Part shown: one piece after another, positions 1 through 13,115 of the stretch
Layout: each line of letters begins with the position of its first letter
How positions within the stretch are numbered: position 1 is the first letter of the stretch
NCBI RefSeq assembly: GCF_026571515.1
Contig: NW_026854201.1
Coordinates: 1-64,000, forward strand
DNA length: 64,000 bases
Direction: 5' to 3'
Source of the DNA: Ruditapes philippinarum
Taxonomy: Eukaryota
Position numbers and translations under genes: made by a program
Notes under the pieces: model-generated
Told to the model about the DNA's origin: nothing
Database searches by the model: none
Seen by the model: the letters and a program-made list of their open reading frames with translations, nothing else

Positions 1-505
1 ATTTTTAGAACTGTTTAAAACTGTTTTATTAAAGAGAAAATGTGTAGCAGGACGGATAAGCTCAGTTGTCTTCTGAAAGTCATGGGTTTGAGTCATGGTC
101 AGCAGTTTCAGTCAGGGTTTAAAAGTGGTTTTTCAATTGACACATGTTTTGATTCATTTAACAGATTGCATATTATTTGAAAATGGACAAAGGCAGTATT
201 TGCATGATACTTTTAGATCTACAAAGGGCATTTGATACAGTTGAACACACTATCCTGCACATGAAGAAGTTGTTTTTCTTCTTCTTCATGAAACTTCAAG
301 CATCTGCCATATATTAATGACATTCTTACATGGTTTTAAGTCTTATCTCTGATAGTAGTATGTGTTGATGTGGCTGGTACTTATTCTACTTACTGCTCTG
401 AGTACCTATCCTGTCCCCTGATGTGTTCATTTTAGGTCCTCTTTTATGTCTAATATATGTCAATTGCATGTCTTCAACCCTAAGCAATAAGCTTTTATTA
501 TAATG

Positions 506-2348
506 CACAGGCACGAGTATCAGACCTTGGATGAAAAAATATGGCCAGATTGATAAACAAGAGGGCCATGATGGCCCTGAAGTCGCTCACCTGTATATAG
601 CCCCCCCCCCCCCAATGTTGCAGGGCCAATTTAACTCAAGGGCTTTTATTTGCACAAACTTGGTAGACACCCATAAGAAGATTTTCATGCTGAACATCTA
701 AGCTCTAGCTCATTGGGCCTTTTTAAAAGAAGATTTTTTAAAGTTTTACTATACACATATAGTTAAAAACAATGACACCCCTGGGCCGGGGGCCAGTTTT
801 GACCCCAGGGCTTTTATTGAACAAACTTTGTAGACACTTACTAGAAGATGTTCATGCTTAATATCTAAACTCTAGCTATTATATGAGTTTTTTTCAAAGA
901 AGATTTTAAGTTTTTTTGCTATACACATATAAAAAAAAATCAATGACCCCCGGGCGGGGCCAATTTTGACCCCCGGTCTTTTATTTAAACAAACTTTGTA
1001 GACACTCACTAAATGATGTTTCATGCTTAATATCTTAACTCTAGCTATTTGGTTTTTTCAAAAAAGATTTTTTTAAGTTTTTGCCTAACACATATAAGGA
1101 AAAAATCAATGACCCCCCTGGGCGGTGCCAATTTTTTGACCCCAGGGCTTTTATTTAAACAAACTTGGTAACACCTATTAGAAACATGTTTTGATGCTAA
1201 ATATCTTAGCCATAGCTCTTTGAGTTCTTTAAAAGAAGATTTTTTAAGTTTTTACTATATGCATATAGGGAAAATCCAATGACCCCCGGGCGGGGCCAAT
1301 TTTTTCACCCAGGCTTTTATTTGAACAAACTTGGTAGACACTTTATTATAAAATGTTTCATGCTAAATATCTTAGCTCTAACTTTTGGTTCTTTAAAAGA
1401 AGATTTTTAAGTTTTTACTATATGCATATAGGGAAAATCAATGACCCCCTGGGCGGTGCCAATTTTGACCTCAGGGCTTTTATTTGAACAAACTTGGTAG
1501 ACACCCATTAGAACATGCTTTGAATGCTAAATATCTTAGCCATAGCTCTTTGGGTCTTTTTAAAGAAGATTTTTTAAGTTTTTTACTATATGCATATAGG
1601 GAAAATCAATGACCCCCCGGGCGGGGCCAATTTGACCCCAGGGCTTTTATTTGAACAAACTTGGTAGACACCCATTAGAACATGTTTCATGCTAAATATC
1701 TTAGCTCTAGCTTTTTGGGTTCTTTAAAAGAAGATTTTTTAAGTTTTTACTATATGCTTATAGGGAAAATCAATGACCCCCGGGGGCGGGCCAATTTTGA
1801 CCCCAGGGCTTTTATTTGAACAAACTTGGTAGACACTCACTAGAAGATGTTTCATGCCAAATATCTAAGCTCTAGCTCTTATGGTTTTTTAAAAGAAGAT
1901 ATTTAAAGTTTTTTCTTTCGGTTGCCATGGCAACCAGAGTTCTGCATGGAATTAAATTCTTTGAACAATTTTTAAAGGTGACCACCAAAGGAACATTCCT
2001 GTGAAGTTTGGATGAAATTGGCTTAGTGGTTTATGAGGAGATGTCATTTAAAGAAAAAGTTTACGGACGACGGACGGACGGACGCCGGACGAAAAGTGAT
2101 CACAAAAGCTCACCCTGTCACTTTGTGACAGGTGAGCTAAAAAACCTGTGTTCATCTTAAAAGTGTCAACAACCAAAATAAAATGTAAATAATGACCCCC
2201 TTTAAAAATATACTTCAAGTTGAAAGTATATTTTTAAAGGGGATCATTATTTACATTTTTTGTTTTGGTTTTTATAAACACAGTTTTTTTTATCAATCTG
2301 GTCATCTGGTCATATTTTTTCTTCCCATGTCCGATACTCGTGCCAGTG
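506..2348. mobile_element. Non-autonomous TIR element (CAC..GTG termini, 8-bp TSD; hAT/P-like) inserted in the LINE YADD codons
   Basis: Left CACAGGCACGAGTATCAGAC is the imperfect reverse complement of right GTCCGATACTCGTGCCAGTG. Flanks are ATTATAATG (497-505) and ATTATATG (2349-2356); removing the element and one flank restores L-Y-A-D-D. Confidence 0.8.
556..2144 (+). mobile_element. Helentron-associated (HINE/DTC-like) non-autonomous element with ~8 tandem ~167-bp core repeats
   Basis: 5' AACAAGAGGGCCATGATGGCCCTG..GCTCACCTG with a short palindrome; ~165-170-bp units at ~620-1910; (GGAC)n microsatellite at ~2064-2090; 3' hairpin AGCTCACCCTGTCAC-TTT-GTGACAGGTGAGCT followed by an A-run. Confidence 0.85.
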
Positions 2349-4379
2349 ATTATATGCTGATGACTCAGGAATCCTTGTGTCTCATAAATTAAATCTGAAG
2401 AAATTCTTTCTTATAACATGAGTCTTATAAGATTGCTTAATTGACTATAAATTGCCTTTGCATCTTGGCAAGACAGAGTCTATTCTTTTTTGGTTTAAGT
2501 TTCAACTTAACCTGGCCCTAGCCTCCAGGTCACATGTAATGGTACTGCTATAAAGTACACATCTTTTGTTAAGTATTTAGGTGCAAATCTGGATCAAATT
2601 CTTTTGGCGTCGCCCTTTGATGCTTTGCATCAATGCTTTTCTTGTATCTTTTGTAATCAGTTTACAATTTGATACTTTGTAATTAGTCCAGTTTGATGCT
2701 GCATGCCAAATATCTAAGCTTTATAATTTCTGAGAAGAAGATTTTGAAAGATTGTTTCTATCTTTAGCTTTTGTGACCTAATGATGCATCAGACTAGAAC
2801 CAGTTATATAACTGTCGAATAGGAAGGTCCAACTAAGGGTCATTCCTGTACAGTATAGTCAAAATCCATCCAGTGGTTTAGGAGAAGATATAGTTTTGTT
2901 TTTTGTTGTTGTTGTTTTTTTGTTGTTGTTGTTTTTTTAATGTGTATAGCGACGGACAACGAACTACGCACTCTGGTACCCTTCATCTCTTGGAACAGTT
3001 TGTATAAAAACAAATATATCAAACACCATTTTTAAAGGTTCTGTAACTCAATTTGCTATGGTTTTATATCATAAATATGTTGCTAAAATGAAGATTTATC
3101 AATATTGTAAGTTTTAAAAAGCATTATTTGTGAAGATATTACCGAATTTACATTTTATGTATTATTTGTAAAGATATTACCGAATTTACATTTCAAGTAA
3201 ATAAAGGGAGGTACATTTTTGTATTTTATAACGTCTAAGCCATTTTTTTTTCAATAAGAAATGAATGCATATATTTAAATTATAAAATATAATGCGATTT
3301 GCAGTGCATATTTTACATATCCTTGGATGTTTGGAAATTGTTTTAGAAGAATAATTATTTACATATATAAAATTTCATTTACATACAACATACATGAGCT
3401 TTAAAAAAATATCTAGTTCATCATTGTAATGAAATATTTTTATAAAATTCATAAACGGTAAATAACGTTGTTTCCATAATTTTAAGTTGATTCTAAAATG
3501 TCTAATATATATTTAACACGCATGCATTGTACGTGAACAAAAATACAATGTTCCGAAGCATCGTAATCATGCTGCTTAGTAGGGTTTACCAGTCCAAAAT
3601 TTAATATTTTTTTTGTTAACTACAGATTATACATTTTAAGAGTAGTCTGAGATACATAGGAAGAAAATTATTAAAAGGAACATATACTTTCATTTGAATT
3701 TTTAAAAAAGGCCCTTTTTTAAACGTAAAAAGAACGCTTACTTAAAAATATTCCAGCAATCAATCCGGCTGTGCACAAGCCGTGTACAGCAACATTAATA
3801 TCCGAACAAAAAGTGTTTTTGTTTTTTTATAAATGATGCACAACAGACAAAAATCACTACGTTAATCTGTAGCGCATGCGCTTCTTGTCGACCTAAATGA
3901 AATTCAGAGTTTAAGTACATGCCGGTCAAGGATGTTAATATCTGATATCATCATGGAAGCTCTGTAGAATAGGAGTGTTCCAGAAAAAGCCTGAGCCTGA
4001 AAACATTTTTTTGCGGTCGTTTACCTTCTGTTATCATTCATGTCAAAAGTTCAAGCGAAAAAAATAAAGTGGCAAAATAGATACTGTTAGAAAGGTGTAC
4101 AAAGGTTTCGGTGTTTTTTAATCTTATTTTCAAGAACTATAAGGTTAAATAACTATGAGAGAACAACAAGATAATACGAAAAAGCGCAAAGAATGCCAAT
4201 AATAAACAAGCAAAAAAAAGTTGATTTAATATACCTCGCCTATTGATACAAATCACGTGATACATATATCAGAGTATATGTGGTATGTAAACTGCCATTC
4301 TTTCAGATACATTAAATAATACTTACAATATGTCATTCGTTCATTCATTAAAAACATATTGATATAATATAATTCGCAG

Positions 4380-4720
4380 TTCTAGGGTTTAAATGGATAA
4401 TGAAAGCATGCCAACTTATGCTTTTCATTCAATCCAGTTAGACCAGGAATGGCCAAAATTTGAGTGTTATCGTGGACAAACCAGTTCTCAAACCCAAAGG
4501 CAGTCAATAGGTCTTTGAGTTTCAATAAAAATATATATTTATAAAAAGATTTACATATATTAACTTTAGTCTTCATTTCAGATTTCTGTCAAATTTGGCT
4601 GAAATTCAATAATTAAACCAGCTCCAAATCCTCCTTAGAAAAACACAACACTCTTTTGTCGTCTTAAAACAAAGAATCTAATCTCAAACCTCTTTAAGTA
4701 TCTTTTACTTTAGCCAATGA
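4380..4720 (-). mobile_element. Probable decayed LINE ORF2 C-terminal fragment
   Basis: ORF 4382-4576 contains KLKDLLTAFGFENW, resembling the LINE ORF2 tail motif 'VKxLLxxLGFxxxW'. Heavily degraded. Confidence 0.35.
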
Positions 4721-6167
4721 GGTGATCATCAGTTCACCATCATATAACATTTAAGAACCCTACATATTACAGGTACCTGCATCAGGATTTTTTGTTTATA
4801 GTATTCATATTCACAATTAGTTATTGGTGAATTTATAGGACTTACAAAGGTTATAATAATTTGTATGAAATAGCACTTTGTAACAAATATGTAATCTATT
4901 TACCAGATTTTGAGCAAAGAGTTATTGTTTTAGGCAAAAATAGCATTCAGGCTTAGAAAACAATGTCGTACTAAACACTTGATATAGATATATCAAAACA
5001 GACTTTGTTTGGAACCATAATTATTTAAGAAAATATTTATTGAAATGGTTTGCGTATGAATATTTGTAGAATTATGATGTCAGCTGATTGAAACCGGAAG
5101 ATACGACGTAACAGAATACTGAAAGAAATGAAAAATTCTGTCAATTATGTAGCTTACCAGAAATTGAAGATGAATATCATTTTATTTTGTTTGTTTATAT
5201 TATCAAGATATTCGAAGAATATTTATCAAGCGTTATTACTATACTAGTATTATACCTTGTATGAATAAAATAGTTGATTTATTTCAATCAGAAAATAATG
5301 CTATACTTGTAAATTTAGGAATACTATAAATGTACAAGATCCGGAATAAACTATTTCTTCTCTTCTATTCTGTAATGTAAATATCCGTTTTTGTTTGATA
5401 GCAGCAGACACGTATGTCAGAAACTGAGCTCATGTAAAAACACATGCTGATGATATCATAGATACTTCTAGTAAAAAAGATCAACAGCTCAAATATAAAA
5501 GGTGTTGTAAGATATGGTGCTTGTAAATAGCAATGTTGATTGAGAGATATACAAGTAAATGTATAAATTAATTAAAGATCGTACAAAAATATCTTGGTAT
5601 CACTATTAATATTCTTGAGTTTTAAGCAGTACATCTATACATAGATGCTGATATATCATACTGGCTTAAAAGTATGCTCTAGATAAAATTCAAATATTAA
5701 CAATTGCAAAGGTCATTAACTAGTATGAAAAGAAAAATTTAAAAAAAAATACATGAAAACCTAAGGATAATAGTTGTTAGACATGTCATTCATGTCTCTT
5801 AAGTTTCAAGCTGTTCCCTCTATATAGTTTTCAGTTATGCTCCAGAAAGAAAGAAACGCGATAAAAAAAAGCTGTAACTGTAAAAGTGTATTTGTACCCC
5901 AAGATTAGCTGGGAAAAACGAACTATTCTTTATTCCGGAGTAAGTATATTAAACAAAGTAACTTTCGTTTATATAAATAACACATAGATTTGCAAGTAAC
6001 AGTAAAAACATCATCCCGAGGAAAATACTGTTACCCGAGGATAACATAATTCTAGGAGGGATGATATTTTTGCAGTTCAAACCGATGTTATTTATTTTAT
6101 TACCCCGAACAAATACTTCAGTAGGACAGTGTTTCAATAGGTTTTAATATTTCAGATTTTTACTATC

Positions 6168-6835
6168 AACAAGAGCTGTCGGTAGGACAGCAACGCTCGA
6201 CTATTCTTAGTGCTTGATAGTAAAAAAAGCCTTGATTAAAAGATAAAATTTTCTTAGTAAAGAAAAAGGCAATTTTTTTCTTTAAATCCATATTACAGTT
6301 ATAGGCCTTGGAGAGAGTTCTAGTATGCTCTCAAAGAAGAGTATAAAATTTCAACATGTTTCAAAGCCATATGTCAATGAACTTTGAAAATAATTATTTG
6401 AGGTATTACAAAAACTTTAACATAAATTCTAAGTCGAAAAAGGGCCATAATTCTGTCAAAATGCTTGATAGAGTTACCTTCTCCTGTCTATAGGTTGGGG
6501 TCATGATGGTGAACAAGTGTGCAAAGTTTCAAAGCCATATGTCAATGGACTTTGAAAATATTTGAGGTATTACAAAAACTTTAACGTAAATTCTAAGTCG
6601 AAAAAGGGGCATAATTCTGTCAAAATGCTTGATAGAGTTACCTCCCCCTGTCTACAGGTTGGGGTCATGATGGTGAACAAGTGTGCAAAGTTTCAAAGAC
6701 ATATGTCAATGGACTTTGAAAATATTTGAGGTATTACAAAAACTTTAACATAAGTGGTTACGCCGACGCCGACGCAGATGCCGACGCCGACGCTCGGGTG
6801 ACTACAATAGCTCTACTTATTCTAATCGAATAGAC
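6168..6835 (+). mobile_element. HINE-like element with ~2.4 copies of a ~163-bp core repeat
   Basis: Starts AACAAGAGCTGTC..GACAGC; repeats at 6359-6750; (ACGCCG)n microsatellite at 6760-6793; terminal CAATAGCTCT..TATTC/GAATA stem. Confidence 0.75.
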
Positions 6836-7364
6836 GTATTAAAGAGTCCTGTTACCTATGTAACTGTACAAAATTGCTACTCACATGGCACACTGGATTT
6901 AAACCCATTGGTCTTTGGTAAATTAACATTACAAAAATGGTGAGCTGTAATAAAAACATCTGTTTCATTGCAAATATATAAATATGATTCTAAACATTGT
7001 AATGTCATATATACATGTATAAACAAATAACACATACAAAAACGCTATATACAAGGAAAAAGTTCTATTTTTGAGAGAAAATAATTTCAAACACTAATGC
7101 AAGTTAATTCATTTGTCTTTCTGTAATATTCTTGTATAATGTTGACAAGAAATAACAAATGATGTAAATATGTAGTTTTAATTTAGTATTTCGTTTTTTA
7201 GAATGCAGAAGACAGCGTAGTTGTGAGATAGAAAAGTATCCTGCTATTTGTTTCTGTAGTGGTTAGAATTTAATAGTACATGTATATAAATCATGATTAA
7301 CTCGTTAACACACGCCAAAAGCATACGTTTCTGTCTAAATGGATATTGTCTCAAAAATTCAAGA

Positions 7365-7930
7365 TCAAAGTCCAAGTTTTTCTTTCGCTTGTAATCCAAT
7401 AGTTCGTCGATCAATTTTTCCAAGTGGCAGTCAGCGGTACCTTGTCTATGATAATGTAGTACATGGGTTTCACGCTTACTCCAAAAGCGGTCGACTTTTC
7501 CAGAAACATTTCATCACAGAATTTCTTAATATCCGATTCTGATAAAGAAATACCTTCCTTAGGTAATACGCATGCGCACACTACTTGACCTAGCCTTGTA
7601 TCCGGTACACCGACTGCAAATGCATTTTCTGCACCTGTTGATTTTTTCAAAACTTTCTCAATAGACCAAGGAAAAGACTTGTAAGTTCCAATTGAAATCA
7701 TTTCTTTTTTCAGTCCGTCAACAACAAAGTTCCCATCCTGGCGAAAGTGGGCCATGTCTCCCGTATGGAACCAATTATGTTTGTCTACTGCCTCCCGGAA
7801 CAATTCTTCCATATAAAGATAGGTAACAAATCTAAAAGGGCACCTGACGCACAGCTCACCTTTTGACCAATCGGAACAACATCTCTGTTGTCATCAACTA
7901 CTTTAAACTCATAACCATCAATCGGTTTTC
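7365..7930 (-). pseudogene. Last exon of an acyl-CoA synthetase (AMP-binding, ACSF2/4CL-like) pseudogene
   Basis: Acceptor CAG at 7933-7931, then (G)KPIDGYEFKVVDD..WFHTGD..KKEMISIG..GVPDTRLGQVVCAC..GKIDRR..KLGL*. Collinear with 58267-58832. Two 1-bp indels (~7862 and ~7422). Confidence 0.85.
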
Positions 7931-8199
7931 CTGAAAGAAAACAATTTATTATTTTATACCTAATACCCGCACCTCGAAAATTAGTTTAAATGTATCATGC
8001 CAATTCTACACCTTCAATGTTACGATTTTTTTCAATATGCCAATTACTTATTATATGTATATTAATTGCACAACATATATTGTGCATGCGGATTTGTTTC
8101 AGGAGGCACACAAGTTATTTACGAGAAATTGTGTCTTAAAATTCCAAGTCCATTAGATAATTCAAGAGTAAAGCCAAATATAACAGCCAACTAGTAGCA

Positions 8200-9172
8200 A
8201 TCTAATGTAAACTTAGAGAACCCAGGGCGGGCCTCTTTTCATCCTGAATGCATAATTTATATCTATTCAAAATCTATATTAAGTCAAAATGGTGATGCTA
8301 ATTAATACCAAATATCTAAGATCTGGTCATTGCAGATCCAGGAGGATGTTTGAAAAATGTTTCTTTTACAGGTCGATGTAACAAAGGGGAAACCGGGGCG
8401 GGAAAAATTCTTACTCCAAGAGTTTGGTTTATATTGTAGATGGTCACAAGGTCATGTTACATCCCAATTAATGCACGGAGGGGCACTTGAGGTCTTCCTC
8501 CACCAGTAAAGCTGGAACGTCGCGATATGACCTATACTGTGTCGATGTGACGTAAAACCCAAAAATAAAAACAAAACAAAAACATCCCAATTACTGATAC
8601 TTGGAATTGTAGAAATAGAATTAATGTTCTTTTCCTTTAAATTATAAGCCTTTGGAAACTAAGTAATATTATATTCCAAAGCATGATCTTAATAACATCT
8701 ATTGAGGTCATTTTGACAATGAGCTTCATACCAAATACCTGAGCTCTAGCTCTGTAGTTTCACATTACTATAAACTTAAATATCTTTCCTAGCACAAATC
8801 TTTGTAAACTATATGATCCCAGGGTAGAGCCAATTTTGATTCTAAAGATAAATCATTGAAATGTTTATACCGCTTTAAGTTGATGCTAAATGTACATGCA
8901 AAATATCTTTGTGGTTAGACATTGTGGTTTAAGGAAAAGTTTTTTTTAAGATTTTAAAAGTGTATTTTCAGCTCATGTGACTTACTTATATACTCCGACT
9001 GGAACCATTAACATATATATATTTGTATATACACTTTTCATTTATATATACACTTTTCTTTGAAGTTTGATCAAAATTCAAAATGTTGGCTTGGAGGGCA
9101 TTTAAATCATTTAGAAATTTCCGTCATAAAAGCTCACCTTTAAGCCCTTTGTGCTTAAAAGAGATAGCAAAA
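8200..9172 (+). mobile_element. Degenerate HINE-like element inside the pseudogene intron
   Basis: Decayed copies of the core motifs seen at 556-2144 (CCCAGGGCGGGCC, CCAAATATCTAAG, TCTAGCTCT) and a terminal AAAAGCTCACC remnant at ~9128. Confidence 0.5.
8471..8581 (+). mobile_element. 5'-truncated SINE (same family as 57216-57472)
   Basis: ATGCACGGAGGGGCAC..GTCTTCCTCCACCA..TATGACCTATACTGTGTCG, A-rich tail; 12-bp TSD ACATCCCAATTA at 8459-8470 and 8582-8593. Confidence 0.75.
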
Positions 9173-9295
9173 TTATGTCATTATGACACTTCTTTACCCC
9201 CAAAGTTGCAAGAAATAGTTTCTGGCCCTATAATTATGACGGCCTTAGTATTGATTTACGACAAAATTTGCAATATACAGTTAATGTTTACCTAC

Positions 9296-9385
9296 CGATC
9301 ATGCCGTCCTCGAAATCATCCCCACTTACATCACTGAAAAAAAGTCGCTATCCCACTCTCTGCTGTTCCATATGACGTCATAACG
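9296..9385 (-). pseudogene. 3' remnant of the large first coding exon of the same acyl-CoA synthetase pseudogene
   Basis: Reverse strand reads VMTSYGTAESGIATFFSDVSGDDFEDGMIG|gtaggt (one extra T in a T7 run), aligning residue for residue with YGTTESGGVSEYSSTSGDAFEDGIIG|gt of the intact paralog. Upstream ~1 kb of coding sequence not found. Confidence 0.8.
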
Positions 9386-9581
9386 TAAAGAAATATGACA
9401 ATGTCATTACTCTTTCGTATCCTTGTGTCTTCGACTTACGTCCCGTAAAGCGGAAGTACGACACAGTCATCACTTTGACGTATTTTCAAGTTATCGCCTG
9501 GCGCCCCGCAAAGCGAAAATACGACATAGCACAATCCCCGGTTTTGCAGGGGGCCCATCCCGATTATCACGCAACTGACTA

Positions 9582-9797
9582 CCGCCTCCGTGGTCGAGGG
9601 GTTATATTCGATGATTTCTAATCCAGTTACCTCTCTGGGGTGGGTTCGATCCCCGGGAGATGCTTTGGTAGTTTAGCGCGGAGGAAGGTAGTCTAGTACT
9701 GGTGTAACTCTCCAGGAACAATGGTTAGGAAACTACACGCCTATATGACTGAAATACTGTTGAAAAAGGCGTAAAATGAAACAAACAAACAAACAAA
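9582..9797 (+). mobile_element. Full-length tRNA-derived SINE
   Basis: A-box-like GTGGTCGAGGGG, B-box GGTTCGATCCC, 3' ACTGAAATACTGTTGAAAAAGGCGTAAAA, (AAAC)n tail; 13-bp TSD ACGCAACTGACTA at 9569-9581 and 9798-9810. Confidence 0.85.
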
Positions 9798-11272
9798 ACG
9801 CAACTGACTAGTACATGACTCATAAATTTCTACCAGTATGATTTGATATGCAGAAGAACAAAACGTTTAAGAAAATTCTTCGTCAATAGGTCACAAAGGA
9901 CAAATTCTTATTCTGTTGAAAGCATCTTACAATGCAGTCAAAATGTTTAATCGTTTTAAATAATGCAAAGAAAATACTACGAAACATAATTCATATTCCA
10001 TCTTTTAAATATAAAAAATAACCTTGAATTTTACCCTTTTCTTTACAACATCCTACCAGTGCAAATATACACACACGAATGTAGGGTAAAGGTAATAATA
10101 AGTATTGTAATATGATACGAGATGTATTCTTACTAGGAGCGGACATTGCTGATATCGTGTTCGGGCACGTTATCTTAAGGCCTACCGTCTGTTGAGGCCT
10201 TAACAGAGGGTAGGATTTTGAAGTACAACACCAATTAAAACTAAGATGTACAGGCAAATCTTAATGTGTGAAGGCTACTATTTCTTGAATTCTAGATGTA
10301 AGGGATAGGACATGTTCTATTTTGAAAATATTGTCGTACAGATTTCTACAGACCTCCCACAATGACAAGTAACATATTACCAAATTATCTCCTGATAATG
10401 GGTGTAATGAATGAAATTCCAGAGTAATAAGGGCTAAAAGGTAAACATAGTAGTAAGATGGGGTAAAAATGATGTTGAAAAACTCTTCGTTGTGTTATGT
10501 TCGAATCCCAAATTATTCCGAAAATGATTATGTCACGGTATTGAACTGTTCTCTAATTAGGGGAGGGGAGGTAGTTTGTAGTCAGTAGATCCGCAGTACG
10601 GTATTCCGAGGGTTCCAGGTTTGAGTCTCGGTCAGGCTTCACATTAAAAAAAATATATTTATTTTTTTTAAATAGAGGTGTTTCAATCATTACTCATGGC
10701 GAAAAAAGTATTTAGTGAGTAAAGTATGTAAAGGATCAATGTAAAGGGATCCTTTTTAGGGGAAACCTCAGATGATTCCTACAGTGTAGAATTACCGTCT
10801 GAATGCAAGTGTTGTATTGCTTTGAAAAATTGTACATTTTATCTCTTATTAGTGCTGTACATAAATCCTACCGTCTGTTGAGACCTAATTATATATTCTG
10901 CACCTGTAATGTAATACACGAGATGGAAATGTAAATCCATATTCATGAAAGTTATAACAGCGAATGTTATATACATTGATGACTTACATCTGTTATATAT
11001 TTGTTAATCTTTTCATGATTATTTATATACTTGTTTCTAGAACTATGCTTTACATGTATATGGACCTTTAAATGAAGTCCCAACGTATAATTAATTAATT
11101 TCAAAACATAATGTAGTTTTAAGATATTTGTAATTGAATTTCATTATAAACGCAAGAAAAGGCCCACTGTTAACATTGTTGCCATCTTTAAAGTAAGATA
11201 ATATGATATTCTACTGTTTAGCGTTTGATAATGGTCATTTCTTGTTAGAGTTTCTCAACAATATGTATCATA

Positions 11273-11586
11273 GATTGGTGATTTATTTGGTACACTTTGC
11301 GCGTTGCGTTGTCGATAGCGACAACAGAACCTATATCGCCATCGCCTTTTCGTCTTGCCTTGTCGCTAGCGAAGCGCGCCAAACGGCGCATTGTCGCACC
11401 GTCATCTTCCGCCTTGTCCGCCAGCAAAGCACACCAAAGGGCGCGTTGTCGTGCGGCGCGATGTCGCTCTGTCGCTTGGCTTATAAGCTATTTCTTCGAT
11501 TTGAGTCTAGCGACAATGTGACATTGCGACAACACGCTGCACGACCACGCGCCGTTTGACGTACGGCGACAAGACGAAAGTCCGAT
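11273..11586 (+). mobile_element. 3'-truncated copy of the GC-rich TAY..RTA MITE (full copy at 54521-54903); duplicated at 14306-14619
   Basis: ATTTGGTACACTTTGCGCGTTGCGTTGTCGATAGCGACAAC... matches the 54521 element; right TIR missing. Confidence 0.8.
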
Positions 11587-11769
11587 TACTTACCCACACT
11601 CAAATGCATGCCCATTGAAAGGATCATTTTATCTGGGGTTTACATATTGTGACGACAGAGAAAGGGATAGCGATAGAAATATCATATTCAGATACTCGTT
11701 AATTGGTTACTTTCTCTTTGATTTCATATTGTGACAACAGAGAACGTGAAAAATGGCTACGTTCTGGGA

Positions 11770-12147
11770 TCCCTTATGTCGTAAGTGCCGTTAAAATCTC
11801 CTCTCTGAAATGCCTATAACTAAGATATTTGGCATGTAGAATCACCTTGTGGTCATCTACAAAAGTAATATTAATCATGCCCCGTAGGTCATTTTTGTAT
11901 ATAGGCTTGTATAGGGAAATCCATTCATTTTTGCCCTGAAACTGCAATGCTTAGAGCTTAGATAAGTGGCATTAAGCATATTTCGAAGCAGACAACTTCA
12001 AGTATTTTGAAAACGAGGCAGAAAATTGGGTAAAAGAGTGCAATCAAATGTGACCTCACTACTGACTTGAATTTTGAAAAAGAATTTTACATTTTCTAGC
12101 AATTTCAGTCTCAGGTGAGCGAGCCAGGGCCATCATGGCCCTCTTCT
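11770..12147 (-). mobile_element. Degenerate minus-strand HINE-like element of the 556-2144 family (duplicated at ~14803-15180)
   Basis: CAGGTGAGCGAGCCAGGGCCATCATGGCCCTCTT at ~12112-12146 is the reverse complement of the 5' end at 556-593; decayed core units upstream. Confidence 0.65.
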
Positions 12148-12359
12148 TTTATTCTCCCATGTTCAGAATTTAGGTTTCTTTGACAAGAAACAGATTTAAA
12201 ACATGGCTAAAATACCAATTTATTGTGATAACGCAAAGAAATATGGATAGATGACAGTTTGGAGTTTATACACGTCATTGTTTGCTATGACAACAACAAA
12301 TATACTTAAAATTCGGCAAAGAAATAGCAATATAGTTGGACCCATTTATACCTTAAAAT

Positions 12360-13115
12360 ACAAGAAACGGTTGAACCGGGTGATGCTCCCCGAGAAGGTT
12401 TTGGACACAGGAAAGTATAAAAATGAACAAAAGGCAAAAACTCCAAAATTAGGCAAGGCGGAGTTATGTTTTTTTTTTTTTTTTTTTGCACTGCACTTCT
12501 ATTCAATGAGATCTATCTATCTATAAAGTTCCCTGATGATATCTCTTAAAGATTCAGAGTTATGTCCCGGGTAAAATTCAAAGTGTAAAATTGAACAAAG
12601 GGCAATAACTCCAAAATAATTCAAAATTTAGGCATGGAGGAGTTACGGTTCTTGTGCACTGCACACCTGCTCAATGAAATCTATCTACATGTACCTACAA
12701 AGTTCATATTGATACCTCTTATAGTTTTAGAGTTATGACCAGGACAAAGTTCAAAGTATAAAATAAACAAAGGGGCTAATTCAAAAATTAGGCAATGCAG
12801 AGTTACGGTTCTAGTGCACTGTACACCTCCTCAGTGAGATCTATCTACCTACAAAATTTCATGTTGATACCTCTTACAGTTTTAGAGTTATATCCCGGAC
12901 AAAGTTCAAAGTGTAAAAATAAACAAAAGGGAATAATTTAAAAATTAGGCAAGGCAGAGTTACAGTTCTTCACTGCACACCTTCTCAATGAGGTCTATCT
13001 ACCTACGAAGTTTCATGTTGATACCTCTTGTTGTTTCAAAGTTATGTCCCGGACAAGAAAAGTGGACGGACGGACAGACGGACGGACAAGGCGGCGACTA
13101 TATGCTCCCCCGAAT
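12360..13115 (+). mobile_element. HINE-like element (copy 1, cut inside its 3' hairpin by the duplication junction)
   Basis: ACAAG start, subterminal ATGCTCCCC, ~4 tandem ~160-175-bp units, (GGAC)n, then TATGCTCCCCCGAAT joined directly to the start of the duplicated unit. Confidence 0.8.

Larger units (their letters stand above)
105..2650 (+). mobile_element. Decayed LINE reverse-transcriptase fragment (CR1/L2-like), interrupted by a nested insertion at 506-2348
   Basis: Manual translation gives RT motifs in the correct order: QSGF (~110), LDLQRAFDTVEHTIL (~213-258), ILGPLL (~430), KLLL|YADDSGIL split across the insertion (490-505 / 2349-2375), LHLGKTESILF (~2458-2490), KYLGANLDQ (~2571-2597). 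Many frameshifts. Confidence 0.8.

Noticed and set aside
9582-9660. tRNA genes at A/B-box sequences (also 54163 and 57400-57472)
   Set aside because: No complete cloverleaf; they are followed by SINE bodies and simple-repeat tails, with a TSD at the 9582 copy.
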